NCBI GenBank assembly: GCA_963810935.1
Contig: CAWEPK010000008.1
Coordinates: 448,001 to 512,000, forward strand
Length of the DNA: 64,000 bases
From: an uncultured delta proteobacterium
GTDB taxonomy: Bacteria > Desulfobacterota > Syntrophorhabdia > Syntrophorhabdales > WCHB1-27
Direction of reading: 5' to 3'
In this document: positions 1-8,846 of the stretch, in pieces
Layout of the letters: each line of letters begins with the position of its first letter
Numbering within the stretch: position 1 is the first letter of the stretch
Notes under the pieces: model-generated
Database searches by the model: none
The model's input: the letters and a program-made list of their open reading frames with translations, nothing else
What the model was told of the DNA's origin: nothing
Program-made: the position numbers and the translations under genes

Positions 1-609
1 GAGCGCCTCGTTGTCGCGGATGAAGTCGCGAGTTTGCGCAACGAGCAAGCCGTAAAGCTCCGAAGCGATGGTAGCACCCCGGAAAGGCCCTATCTGCTCG
101 AAGTTCTCTTCCGTATTCGTGCGCACCGACGAGAGGCCGCCATAAGGCCCGGCCCGGTGCACAGGCGCCTGACGATGGAAGCGGGCTATCATTGCCCCGG
201 CGGCTGCGGCTTCCTCCTCAAGCAACCGGCCCGCGGCGATCAGGCTTGAAAGGAGCCTCTCGTCCGGTATCGTCTTCATTTTGACCGCGTACTCGGCTAT
301 GTGCGCGCCCTTCGACCTGCGGAAGGAATACCGGCCGTCTTTTCCGTATATCGGTACTACGCCCAGATAGACGTGCCCGGCCAGGCGCGAGTTGAGGACT
401 ACCTCTTCATGGCAGTAGAAATGCCTCTTTTCAAGCGTCGAAAAATCGAGGAATCCGAAGTTGACAGGCTTCTTGATCTTATAAACGTATGCGTCGCCGA
501 CGAAGACCTGGGAAATGTGCGTCTCATGGTGTGTGATGGACGATGGTTTTTCGGGATAGCTGGAAGGCTTGAGAAAGAAGGCGATCAGGTCGTTGCCGTG
601 CGTGCCCAC
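1..609 (-). CDS. Aminoglycoside phosphotransferase-like (APH) / AAA kinase family protein, N-terminal part; runs off the window start; missing from the ORF track
   Basis: Manual minus-strand translation from GTG at 609 is open to position 1: ...HETHISQVFVGDAYVYKIKKPVNFGFLDFSTLEKRHFYCHEEVVLNSRLA..., the characteristic N-terminus of this family. Start codon uncertain. Confidence 0.85.
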   Translation of the reverse strand, partial: MGTHGNDLIAFFLKPSSYPEKPSSITHHETHISQVFVGDAYVYKIKKPVNFGFLDFSTLEKRHFYCHEEVVLNSRLAGHVYLGVVPIYGKDGRYSFRRSKGAHIAEYAVKMKTIPDERLLSSLIAAGRLLEEEAAAAGAMIARFHRQAPVHRAGPYGGLSSVRTNTEENFEQIGPFRGATIASELYGLLVAQTRDFIRDNEAL

Positions 610-676
610 ATGATAACTTACACGTCTACCGACTGCTTTTTCAAGTGGCTGCCGGATGTCAGCCCGCAAAGGGACA

Positions 677-988
677 CTATCGCGGCTCTTTACCGCCGGC
701 CCTTTCCCTCCTGATTAATCTGGCTGTTTCCTCGTAGATGCGGCTTCGCGGTCCGACGGCCACAACCTGCACCTCCGTCTTCGCAACCCTGTAAACAACG
801 CGCATACGGCCGATCCTGAAGCTTCGCAGCCCTGCCAGATCGTCTTTGAGGGCCTTCCCCGACGTCACATCGGAAAGGATGGCTTCAAGGCAAGCCCTCA
901 CCTTCTTCTTGAGGCCGGGATGCATCCCGCGAATGAGGTCCGCCAGGTCTTGTGGCAGCCGCAGCTTAAAACTGCTACCTCTCTTCAA
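677..988 (-). CDS. Type II toxin, RelE/ParE family
   Basis: 103 aa basic protein with GKALKDDLAGLRSFRIGRMRVVY...VVAVGPRSRIYE; overlaps the upstream antitoxin gene. Confidence 0.9.
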   Translation of the reverse strand: MKRGSSFKLRLPQDLADLIRGMHPGLKKKVRACLEAILSDVTSGKALKDDLAGLRSFRIGRMRVVYRVAKTEVQVVAVGPRSRIYEETARLIRRERAGGKEPR

Positions 989-1241
989 AGAGGTCCTCCA
1001 GGGTGTAAAGTATCGCCTTCCGACTCCTCAACTGCTGAAGGCCGCTCCTGATCTCTTCTACGAACCCCGGCTCAGACTTCACCGCAATCGTCTCTTTCCA
1101 GCTCTCGAACTCCTCCGGGCTCACCAGTATAGCGGCGGGCCGGCCATTCCTGGTGATAACGACCTCTTCATCCGTTGCCTCCACCTGATCCACAAGGCTG
1201 CTCAGTTTCATCTTTACTTCGGAAAGAGGTAGCGTCTTCAT
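975..1241 (-). CDS. Type II antitoxin, Phd/YefM family
   Basis: MKTLPLSEVKMKLSSLVDQV...EEVVITRNGRPAAILVS; ATG at 1241 has a GGAGG SD. Confidence 0.92.
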   Translation of the reverse strand: MKTLPLSEVKMKLSSLVDQVEATDEEVVITRNGRPAAILVSPEEFESWKETIAVKSEPGFVEEIRSGLQQLRSRKAILYTLEDLFEER

Positions 1242-1251
1242 TGTTGCCTCC

Positions 1252-1271
1252 AATTATGGTTAACCATAATT
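1252..1271. promoter_or_regulatory. Perfect 20-bp palindrome, probable TA autorepression operator
   Basis: AATTATGGTT|AACCATAATT immediately upstream of the antitoxin SD. Confidence 0.75.
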
Positions 1272-1416
1272 ATGACCATAACATACCACCGGGCCGATGT
1301 ACTGTCAATCACTGATTAGCGGCCGCCCTACCAGAATTGTCGATCATCGACGCTGCTTTTCGACAATAATGTCAGCGGTTCGGCCAGGCCCCCCTGATAT
1401 CTCAAGCGAAGCGTTT

Positions 1417-1432
1417 TGGCATCCCATTTGCT
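1417..1432 (+). promoter_or_regulatory. Sigma54 (-24/-12) promoter candidate
   Basis: TGGCATCCCATTTGCT fits TGGCAC-N5-TTGCW with correct GG/GC spacing, ~190 nt upstream of the lipoprotein gene. Confidence 0.65.
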
Positions 1433-1618
1433 TTACAACTCACGTAACCCCGGATACGGACCGGCAGGAAGGGAGGTGCAACAAAGGCCGGTTTTTCGCC
1501 TTCGGCGGCCGGGGACAAACAAAAGGGGCGGCACATAGATTCGAGCTAGTACACCGGTAAATCTCTCGCTGAGTCGTGAACTGACCAAAACGTAAAATGA
1601 CTAAAAGAGGTGAAAGAA

Positions 1619-1990
1619 ATGAAGAAGACTCTCTTGGTGCTTTCAACTATCGTTCTTTTCGGTATTGGCGTCGCCGGTTGTGCAACGAAGGGTGACCTAG
1701 CCAAAATGCAAGCGCAGGGGCAGCAGACCAACCTCAAGGCGGATCAGGCATTGAAGGCGTCGCAGGAGGCCAATGAGAATGCACAGAAGGCGTCGGAGGC
1801 CTCCAGCATGAAGGCCGATCAGGCAGCTAAGGCCGCGCAGGATGCCAACGAGGCAGCGATGAAGGCGGCCGAGGCAGTCAAGGCAGCCGAGGAAAGGGCG
1901 AGGATTGCCGAAGAAAGGGCAGCCGCTGCCGAGGCAAAGACCGACAAGACGAATGCCGACGCCATGTTCACGGCCTCGATGAAGAAGTAG
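1619..1990 (+). CDS. Lpp/OprI-like alanine-zipper lipoprotein
   Basis: Signal peptide with lipobox VAGC, Ala-rich coiled coil, C-terminus ...MFTASMKK; SD GAGGTG before ATG 1619. Confidence 0.8.
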   Translation: MKKTLLVLSTIVLFGIGVAGCATKGDLAKMQAQGQQTNLKADQALKASQEANENAQKASEASSMKADQAAKAAQDANEAAMKAAEAVKAAEERARIAEERAAAAEAKTDKTNADAMFTASMKK

Positions 1991-2017
1991 ATTCGTCGTG
2001 AGGTCTACAGGGAAAAG

Positions 2018-2050
2018 GGCGGCGGGGCGTGTACCGCCCTGCCGCCTTAT
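2018..2050 (+). terminator. GC-rich hairpin after the lipoprotein gene (partial terminator or mRNA stabiliser)
   Basis: GGCGGCGGGGCG-TGTAC-CGCCCTGCCGCC followed by only a short TTAT tail. Confidence 0.55.
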
Positions 2051-2099
2051 GCAGGTTTAACAACCATCGTGCGCATTACGGGCGGACACCAGAGCCTAT

Positions 2100-3119
2100 A
2101 TGATTAAGAAGCAACGGGGAATAGGCGCACGCATGCGCTCTTTCTTTGCCTGCATCATGATGGCGCCCGTCCTGATGTGCGGGTGCGCCCACCTTTACGA
2201 AACGTCCCTGGCGGGGCCGAGCTTCGAGGAAGCGAACGCCCTTTTCGGCCGGGGAAGCTACGAGGCTTCGCTGGACAAATACGAGCGGATCATCGAAAAA
2301 TACCCGACGACGCGGGACCGGGCCCTTTTCGAAATGGGCATTATCCATGCGTATCCAGGCAACGAACAAAGAGATTACCGGAAGTCTATGGAGTGTTTTC
2401 AAAAGCTCCTGAAGGACTACCCGGAGAGCAGGTACAGGCGGGACAGCGCGGAGATGATTTCGCACATCGACGACCTGACGGCGAGAGAAAACAAGATTAT
2501 CGCGCAGCAAACGATGATCGCGACCCTGGAACAGGGGATCGGCAGCAGGGAGCGGGAAATCAACGCGCTGCGGAGACAGATCGATGCACTCGTTCGGGAT
2601 GCAGGGAACAGGGAAAGCGAGGCTGCCGCCCTCCGTGCGAAGATCGAGACCCTCGAAGCGCCGTTCAAAAACGGAGTTGCTGCAATCGCGGATGGATCTG
2701 CATCAAGGGTCCTCGTGGAAAAACGGGAGCGAAGATTGACGCTGCTTTCCAACGGAAAGGTCCTCAAGGCGTACAGGGTTGCCCTAGGGGACAACCCGGA
2801 CGGTCCGAAAGAGAGGCAGGGCGACAGCAAAACCCCGGAAGGGACCTACGTAATCGATTCAAGGAACAGGGACAGCCGCTACCACCTGTCTCTTCACATT
2901 TCCTATCCGAACGAGCAGGATAAAGAACGGGCAAGGAAGCTGGGTGTCTCTCCGGGCGGGAACATCATGATCCACGGCCTCAAAAACGGCTACTCGTGGA
3001 TCGGGGGCTCGCACACTAGCCTCGACTGGACCGAAGGGTGCATCGCAGTTACGGACGAAGAGATAGAGGAGATCGCCAGGCTCGTGCCGGACGGCACGGT
3101 TGTCGAGATAAGGCCGTAA
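2100..3119 (+). CDS. Lipoprotein with TPR-like and coiled-coil regions and a YkuD domain of the YafK/DpaA type
   Basis: Lipobox LMCGC; KERQGDSKTPEGTY, YHLSLHISYPN, GGNIMIHG, WTEGCIAV motifs. Confidence 0.82.
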   Translation: MIKKQRGIGARMRSFFACIMMAPVLMCGCAHLYETSLAGPSFEEANALFGRGSYEASLDKYERIIEKYPTTRDRALFEMGIIHAYPGNEQRDYRKSMECFQKLLKDYPESRYRRDSAEMISHIDDLTARENKIIAQQTMIATLEQGIGSREREINALRRQIDALVRDAGNRESEAAALRAKIETLEAPFKNGVAAIADGSASRVLVEKRERRLTLLSNGKVLKAYRVALGDNPDGPKERQGDSKTPEGTYVIDSRNRDSRYHLSLHISYPNEQDKERARKLGVSPGGNIMIHGLKNGYSWIGGSHTSLDWTEGCIAVTDEEIEEIARLVPDGTVVEIRP

Positions 3120-3135
3120 GGAGGCGGATAAGGCG

Positions 3136-4479
3136 ATGGGCAGAGTTTATAGAATCCCGACCGTGCGCGGCGCGGCATCGATGCTGTTCGATCGGTTTCG
3201 CCTCGCGGTGCCGCTCGTGCTGGTACTGTGCCTCCAGGGATGCGCCTCCTTCACCGGGTTCCCCCCGGCGAGACCCGAGGTGTTCGAGATCGTCCCGGAA
3301 AAAACGATCGAGCGGAACAATTTTTCGCTTGCCGGAGAAAATGAGGTCGTCGGCCGATTGGTTTACATGCGACTCGAAGACGGGGACACGCTGCCGGATA
3401 TCGCAAGGCACTTCGGCATCGGCGCCAATGAGGTCAGCGCAGCCAATCCGCGGGTGGATGTATGGGTGCCGGAGGCCGGTGAGCGCATTCTATTGCCCAT
3501 GAGCCACATCCTGCCGGACTGCCCGAGGAAAGGCATCGTGATCAACCTGGCAGCCATGAGGCTGTTCCAGTTCAAAGGAGACGCGAAGTCTCCGGCAGTA
3601 TCGACCTACCCGGTCGGCATCGGCACTGCGGAGAGGCCGTCGCCCACGGGACCGATGTACGTGCAGCGCAAAACGGTACGGCCGACGTGGTTCGTCCCTG
3701 CCTCGATTGCCGAAGACCATCGGAAAAAGGGAGACCCCCTGCCCCCCAAAGTACTGCCGGGGCCTGACAACCCCCTCGGGGAATACGCCCTCTACCTGAG
3801 CAAATCGGGTTATTTAATCCACGGCACAAACAAGCCGTACAGCATCGGCCTGAACGCGACCAACGGCTGCATAAGGCTGTACCCCGAAGACATCAAAAGG
3901 CTTTACCCCGGGGCACTGGTCAATACGCCCGTACGCATCGTCAACCAGCCGCTTCTCATAGGTCGGCGCGACGGGATAGTCTACCTGGAAGTCCATGCAC
4001 CGCCCGGAGACTGCGATGCAGGCGAGCTCGACAAAATGTACGCAAAATTGAGATACGTCGAAAAGAAATCGGCTCGCACGATAGACTGGAAGAAGGTCGA
4101 GGAGGCACTGGCCGAGGCAAGGGGGATACCCGTCCGCGTGTCCGATACCGGTCAACAAAGCGAAGAAAGAATTGCCGGGGGTGTAGAAGTCACCCACCCG
4201 GACAAATTATACGGGACCCCTGAAGTGCCGGAATTGAAGACGGATGCGTGGTACGTCTCGGCTGCCGATTTGCGCGACAAGGTCAACGCCGTGAGGCTTG
4301 CCGCCATTATCAACCACCAGGGACCGCAAATCCCGGCGAGGATCCTGCCGAAGAGCAGCACCTACTGCGTTATCGCCGGGCCTTACGACGATGCCGGCAA
4401 GGCACGGGAGGCCGTCAAGCGCCTGAAGATCGACCTGGAGATAGAAGCCGTTCTGGTCGAGCCGGCCAGGATTAAATAG
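3136..4479 (+). CDS. L,D-transpeptidase (ErfK/YbiS type) with LysM-like and SPOR domains
   Basis: Lipobox LQGC; GDTLPDIARHF (LysM-like); GPDNPLG, YLIHGTN, TNGCIRL; C-terminal GPYDDAGKAREAVKRL (SPOR-like). Confidence 0.88.
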   Translation: MGRVYRIPTVRGAASMLFDRFRLAVPLVLVLCLQGCASFTGFPPARPEVFEIVPEKTIERNNFSLAGENEVVGRLVYMRLEDGDTLPDIARHFGIGANEVSAANPRVDVWVPEAGERILLPMSHILPDCPRKGIVINLAAMRLFQFKGDAKSPAVSTYPVGIGTAERPSPTGPMYVQRKTVRPTWFVPASIAEDHRKKGDPLPPKVLPGPDNPLGEYALYLSKSGYLIHGTNKPYSIGLNATNGCIRLYPEDIKRLYPGALVNTPVRIVNQPLLIGRRDGIVYLEVHAPPGDCDAGELDKMYAKLRYVEKKSARTIDWKKVEEALAEARGIPVRVSDTGQQSEERIAGGVEVTHPDKLYGTPEVPELKTDAWYVSAADLRDKVNAVRLAAIINHQGPQIPARILPKSSTYCVIAGPYDDAGKAREAVKRLKIDLEIEAVLVEPARIK

Positions 4480-6622
4480 CCTGTGACTCTATCACTTCCT
4501 GAAGCCTGACGTAGTCTATCTTGCCTGTACCAAGTTTGGGCATCTCTTTCAGGAACACGACGCGGCGGGGGACGGCCAGGTCGCTGAAACCGTTCGCTTT
4601 CAGCGTTTCCCGCACGTTTTTCTGCTCTATCGCCGCGTTGTTCGTCACCACGATGAGGCTCTCGCCTCTTTTCTCGTCGCTCACCGCCATGACCGCCAGG
4701 TCTTTGCGGCCGGCCAGCTCGCGGGAAAGCACCTCTTCCACCGAGGAAAGCGAGATCATCTCCCCGCTCACCTTTGCGAACCGCCTCAATCTCCCGACAA
4801 TCTTCAGCGAGCCCTCTTCCGTTATCTCGACGATGTCGCCCGTGTCGTACCATGCCCGGTCCTCTGCAGGGCTGCGCGTACCCGCCTCATCATTGAGATA
4901 CCCCTTCATCACGTTCTTGCCGCGCACCAGCAGCCTGCCTGTCGTCCCGCCCTTGCTGTCGATGCCCGCAACCGGCACAATCCTGTGCCCGATGCCCGCG
5001 AGCAGGGCGCCCACCGTCCCGTATTCATGTTGAAGGGCGCTCTCGATGCTAAGGAGAGGCCCGCATTCGGTCGCGCCGTAGCCCGATAAGACCTGTATGC
5101 CGAACGTCCTTGCGTACCGCTCGAAGACTGTATCGGTAAGCGGCTCGCCGCCGCAGAAGATGTGGCGCAGGGAATGGAAGTCGTAAGGGTTCGCGCGCCT
5201 GCCGTACCCGTTAAGGAAGGTATTCGTGGCGAGCAGGATTGTACATTCGTTGTTATAGGCAAGCTCCGGCACGACCCTGTACTGGAGGGGGCTGACGTGG
5301 AAAAAGACCCGCGCCCCCGCAAATACGGGGATGATCGTACCCCCGGTCAGGCCGAAGCTGTGGAACATGGGAAGGACGTTCAGGAAAGAATCCTCCGGCG
5401 TCACGCCGATCCTTGAAAGCCCCTGGTAGACGTTCGTGATGATGTTCTCGTGGGAAAGGCATACCCCTTTCGGCAGGCCCTCCGAGCCGGAAGTAAATAG
5501 TATCGCGGCCGTCTCCTTTTCTTCACCTGCGCGCACTGCGGCGAACCCGCCCGGAAAGAAGGCCCGAAAGAGCGCGAAGAGTTTATCGCCCAACCCGACC
5601 TCATCCTTCAGGTCTTCTAGGAAGACCGGTTTTCGCGTCCCGAAGACCGCATCCGTCAGCTTGAGCCTTTCCAAAAACTGCCGCGACGTGATGACGGTGC
5701 CTATGTCCGCAATGTCCATTGCGAGACCGAGACCGCGGGGGCCGCTCGAATAATTAAGAAAAACGGGCGCCTTGCGATAGATCTGCAAAGCCATAAAGAT
5801 CACGGCGGTTACGCTCAGGTTGGGAAGCATGACGGCGATATTGCCTTGAGCGACTTTGGAAAAGCGGCGGCCTAAAGCAAAGGCCCCTGTCAGTGCTTTC
5901 CCACGGCTCAGCCTGCGCCCCGTCGAGTCGTTGAAAAGCTCCTTTCTGCGGCCCTGCGAGCAGATCCGGATAAACTCCCTGCCGAGCGTCGAAGGTCTGT
6001 TGTGCGCCTCGAGATAAACCTCCGTGAGCATCGAATAGATCGCCCTCGTGGCTGCCCCTTTCTTCTTCCTGTTCGGCAGGTGCGCCAAACGCATCGGAGG
6101 GCGCAGCTCGCCGATAGTAACGGTAATGGGCGCAAAGACGCGTCGACCCTTATGCTTCCTGCCAAAAAATGTGTTGTACGTGTTCTTGATATAAATGGGG
6201 AGGATGTTCGCCCCCGTCCTGAATGCAACGAACCCCGTGCCGTCGTATATCTTCATAAAATGGCCGGTCGATGTCCGTCGCCCTTCCGGGAAGACAAGCA
6301 GGGGGCGGCCCTCGTCGACCATGCGGACGATATCCTTGATCGCATAGGGGCTCATGAAGTCGATGGCAACAAACTGGTCGTTCTTTAAGAAAGGCCGCAG
6401 CCAGCGGTTGGCGGCTACCGCCCTGTCCACAACGATGCGCATGGGGAGGCGCAGGTAGGCCCAGAGGATGACCCCGTCTATGTAAGAGGCGTGGTTGGCT
6501 ACAATGATGAGCTTGTCGAACGACGTCGGGACCTTGTCCGCGCCTTCTATCTTTATGCGGTGCACGCCCTTCAGGTATGCTTTGAACAGAAAGCGCAGGC
6601 ACGCTTCGTAACATTTCCGCAT
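4472..6622 (-). CDS. aas: Bifunctional acyltransferase / acyl-ACP synthetase (Aas-like)
   Basis: N-terminal PlsC motifs NHASYID and FPEGRRT; AMP-binding FTSGSEGLPKGV, GYGATE, WYDTGD. ATG 6622 has a GGGAGG SD; alternative start 6661. Confidence 0.88.
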   Translation of the reverse strand: MRKCYEACLRFLFKAYLKGVHRIKIEGADKVPTSFDKLIIVANHASYIDGVILWAYLRLPMRIVVDRAVAANRWLRPFLKNDQFVAIDFMSPYAIKDIVRMVDEGRPLLVFPEGRRTSTGHFMKIYDGTGFVAFRTGANILPIYIKNTYNTFFGRKHKGRRVFAPITVTIGELRPPMRLAHLPNRKKKGAATRAIYSMLTEVYLEAHNRPSTLGREFIRICSQGRRKELFNDSTGRRLSRGKALTGAFALGRRFSKVAQGNIAVMLPNLSVTAVIFMALQIYRKAPVFLNYSSGPRGLGLAMDIADIGTVITSRQFLERLKLTDAVFGTRKPVFLEDLKDEVGLGDKLFALFRAFFPGGFAAVRAGEEKETAAILFTSGSEGLPKGVCLSHENIITNVYQGLSRIGVTPEDSFLNVLPMFHSFGLTGGTIIPVFAGARVFFHVSPLQYRVVPELAYNNECTILLATNTFLNGYGRRANPYDFHSLRHIFCGGEPLTDTVFERYARTFGIQVLSGYGATECGPLLSIESALQHEYGTVGALLAGIGHRIVPVAGIDSKGGTTGRLLVRGKNVMKGYLNDEAGTRSPAEDRAWYDTGDIVEITEEGSLKIVGRLRRFAKVSGEMISLSSVEEVLSRELAGRKDLAVMAVSDEKRGESLIVVTNNAAIEQKNVRETLKANGFSDLAVPRRVVFLKEMPKLGTGKIDYVRLQEVIESQAI

Positions 6623-6657
6623 GAAGCCTCCCGTTAATTCCGCGCCCCCGTCCCGGC

Positions 6658-7911
6658 TCATGGGGACGCTCCGGAAGCAGCAGAGCGCGCTTTCAGGGTC
6701 TTTGCCGCGAGGACCATCCAGAGAAGCGCCGCGATGAGCAGCGCTGCCGGGAGGACCAGCATGCCTTTCTGCAGGTCGCCAGCCATGCGGTCCGCTAGCC
6801 GCCCGACCACCTCAGGCGAATAGAGGTCGCCGAACAGATGTATCATGAATATCGAGACGGCCATGGCGCTGCTCCGGACGTTGACCGGGACCGTCTCCAA
6901 AATCAATGTATTGACCGGACCGGTGATGAAGAAAAGCAAAAAGATCGAGGCCGCGAGGAAGGCCATTGAAAGCCCTGCGCTCCCCGCGAGGATCGCGCAG
7001 AAAGAGAAAGGAAGCGCCAGCGCGATGGAGCTTGTCAGCAGCAGGGCATAGCCTGCGGGCGTGCGCCTTTGCCACCATGTACCGAGGAGACCGCCTGACA
7101 GGCTTCCGACTACGCCTGCGACGATCAGGACCGCCCCGAAGAAACTGTCCGCCCGGCTCAGCGGCATGCCGTGCACCTTCTCGAGGAAAGTAGGTCCCCA
7201 GAACGCGAAGGCGCCGAGGGCGAACGTATACGCCACATAACCCCAGACGACAAGACTGTAATCCGCATTGGCGAAGAGCCGGAGCACGTCAGGCAGGCGC
7301 GCCTTGGCTGCGCTTTGCGGCGGCGCACCTTCCGATTCTCCCCTGTCCGGTTCCTTAAAGGGCAGAAGGACCAGTGCAAGCAGAAGGCCCGGAGCACCGG
7401 CCACGTAGAAGGCGTACCGCCAGCCCCAGTGGGCTGCAATCTCCCCGCCGAGTATATACCCGGCGGCCGACCCGACCGGGATGGCGATGTAGAAGACCGT
7501 GAGCGCCATGTTCCGCTTCGCGGAGGGCCAGACATCCGAGATCAGCCCGGGGCTCAGGCTCCCGTAACTTGCCTCCCCCACACCGACCATCGCCCGGAAG
7601 ACAAGGAGGGCGACAAAACCCTGGGCCAGACCGGTCAGCACGGTCCCCAGGCTCCAGACGAACACCCCGAGGGCAATGAGGGCCTTCCTGGAGCCCCGGT
7701 CGCCCAGATAGCCGAAAAACGGCGCCGTAATAAAATAGCCGAGCATAAAGGTCGTGAACATGCGGCCCGAATCGCCATAACCGAGCCCGAACGCCTCAGC
7801 CATCGGCGTCCTAACGGCTCCCAGCACATAGCGGTCGAGGTAATTGAAAAGGTTCAGGCCGGTGAGGATAATAAGCAACGATAATGGAGAGATTCGTCTA
7901 CTCACGATCAC
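6658..7911 (-). CDS. MFS transporter, Spinster family
   Basis: TM1 motif LNLFNYLDRY, GYLGDR, RAMVGVGEASY, IPVGSAAGYILGG, IHLFGD; ~12 hydrophobic segments. Confidence 0.85.
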   Translation of the reverse strand: MIVSRRISPLSLLIILTGLNLFNYLDRYVLGAVRTPMAEAFGLGYGDSGRMFTTFMLGYFITAPFFGYLGDRGSRKALIALGVFVWSLGTVLTGLAQGFVALLVFRAMVGVGEASYGSLSPGLISDVWPSAKRNMALTVFYIAIPVGSAAGYILGGEIAAHWGWRYAFYVAGAPGLLLALVLLPFKEPDRGESEGAPPQSAAKARLPDVLRLFANADYSLVVWGYVAYTFALGAFAFWGPTFLEKVHGMPLSRADSFFGAVLIVAGVVGSLSGGLLGTWWQRRTPAGYALLLTSSIALALPFSFCAILAGSAGLSMAFLAASIFLLFFITGPVNTLILETVPVNVRSSAMAVSIFMIHLFGDLYSPEVVGRLADRMAGDLQKGMLVLPAALLIAALLWMVLAAKTLKARSAASGASP

Positions 7912-8060
7912 CGTCTTTGCCTGTATAGGCAGAGCCCCCGTCAGAATATACTTAATCTGTATTTAATAAGTCTCAGAAAGTCCAAATTGTAGCATTGAGA
8001 ACGCTGGAAGACGATAGCATTTTATAATGGCCCCACGCTAACGAACGTAGTCTTGAAAAG

Positions 8061-8104
8061 GGCCGGGAGATTTTCGATGGCGCATAGCGCGAAAAGATCC
8101 CGGC
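8061..8104 (+). repeat. Internally deleted copy (C) of the dispersed hairpin element
   Basis: GGCCGGGAGATTTTCGATGG...GCGAAAAGATCCCGGC; 19/20 match to the 5' end of the copy at 19641-19761 (minus strand). Confidence 0.75.
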
Positions 8105-8112
8105 TCTCTTAA

Positions 8113-8830
8113 CTACTTAGTCGGTGCTGCCGGCTTGGCCGGCTTCGCGTCAGCGTCTACGATGGAAATCAGACTCGACCTCGAAAATAAGGGTGGCGTT
8201 CGGCGGTATCGTCCCCTCCACGCCCGCTTGCCCGTAGGCAAGCTTGGAAGGGATGAAAAACTGCCACTTTGCCCCCGGGGTCATCAGTTGCAACGCCTCG
8301 GACCAGCCTGGGATCACCGCGCTCACCTGAAAAGTGGCCGGCTTGTTGCGCTTGTAAGAGCTGTCGAACTCAGTCCCGTCTAGGAGCGTGCCCCGGTACT
8401 GGACCGTGACGGAGTCATAGAGCGTCGGGCTCACGCCCGAGCCCTCCTTCAGGACCTTGTATTGCAGGCCGCTGGGAAGGGTCTTCACGCCGGGCTTTTG
8501 TTTATTCTGCGCCAGGAATGTCTCCTCCTGAGCAGCCGATTTTGCCAACTCCACCCTCCGTTTCTCGGCCAGCTCCCTGTTGAGGCTATCCATTACGCCT
8601 TGCGCCTCCTGGTCGCTCAGGGCGGGTTTCGCTCCTGTAATCCCGTCTCTGAAACCCCTGATGAAGGTATCGGTGTTAAGGTCAACGCCCTTGCTCTTCA
8701 TGTCTTTTCCAAGGAACACGCCGACCACGTAGCTGGCCTTTTCTTTCTGCGTCTGCAACGCAGGCTCCTGCGCTTCGCAGACGCCGGCAGCCAGAAGCAG
8801 GACGGCACACGCCGCTATAAGCTGTCTCAT
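8113..8830 (-). CDS. FKBP-type peptidyl-prolyl isomerase (FkpA/Mip-like), apparent 1-nt insertion near the 3' end
   Basis: SGLQYKVL, YRGTLLDGTEFDSS, VIPGWSEALQLM, IPPNATLIFEVE. Removing base 8173 gives ...FEVELISIVDADAKPAKPAAPTK-stop at 8113; as written it ends at 8150. Confidence 0.9.
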
Positions 8831-8846
8831 GTCTTCTCCTTAAATC

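Noticed and set aside
301..714. 137-aa plus-strand ORF (and 34-249)
   Set aside because: Antisense shadow of the APH-like gene on the minus strand.
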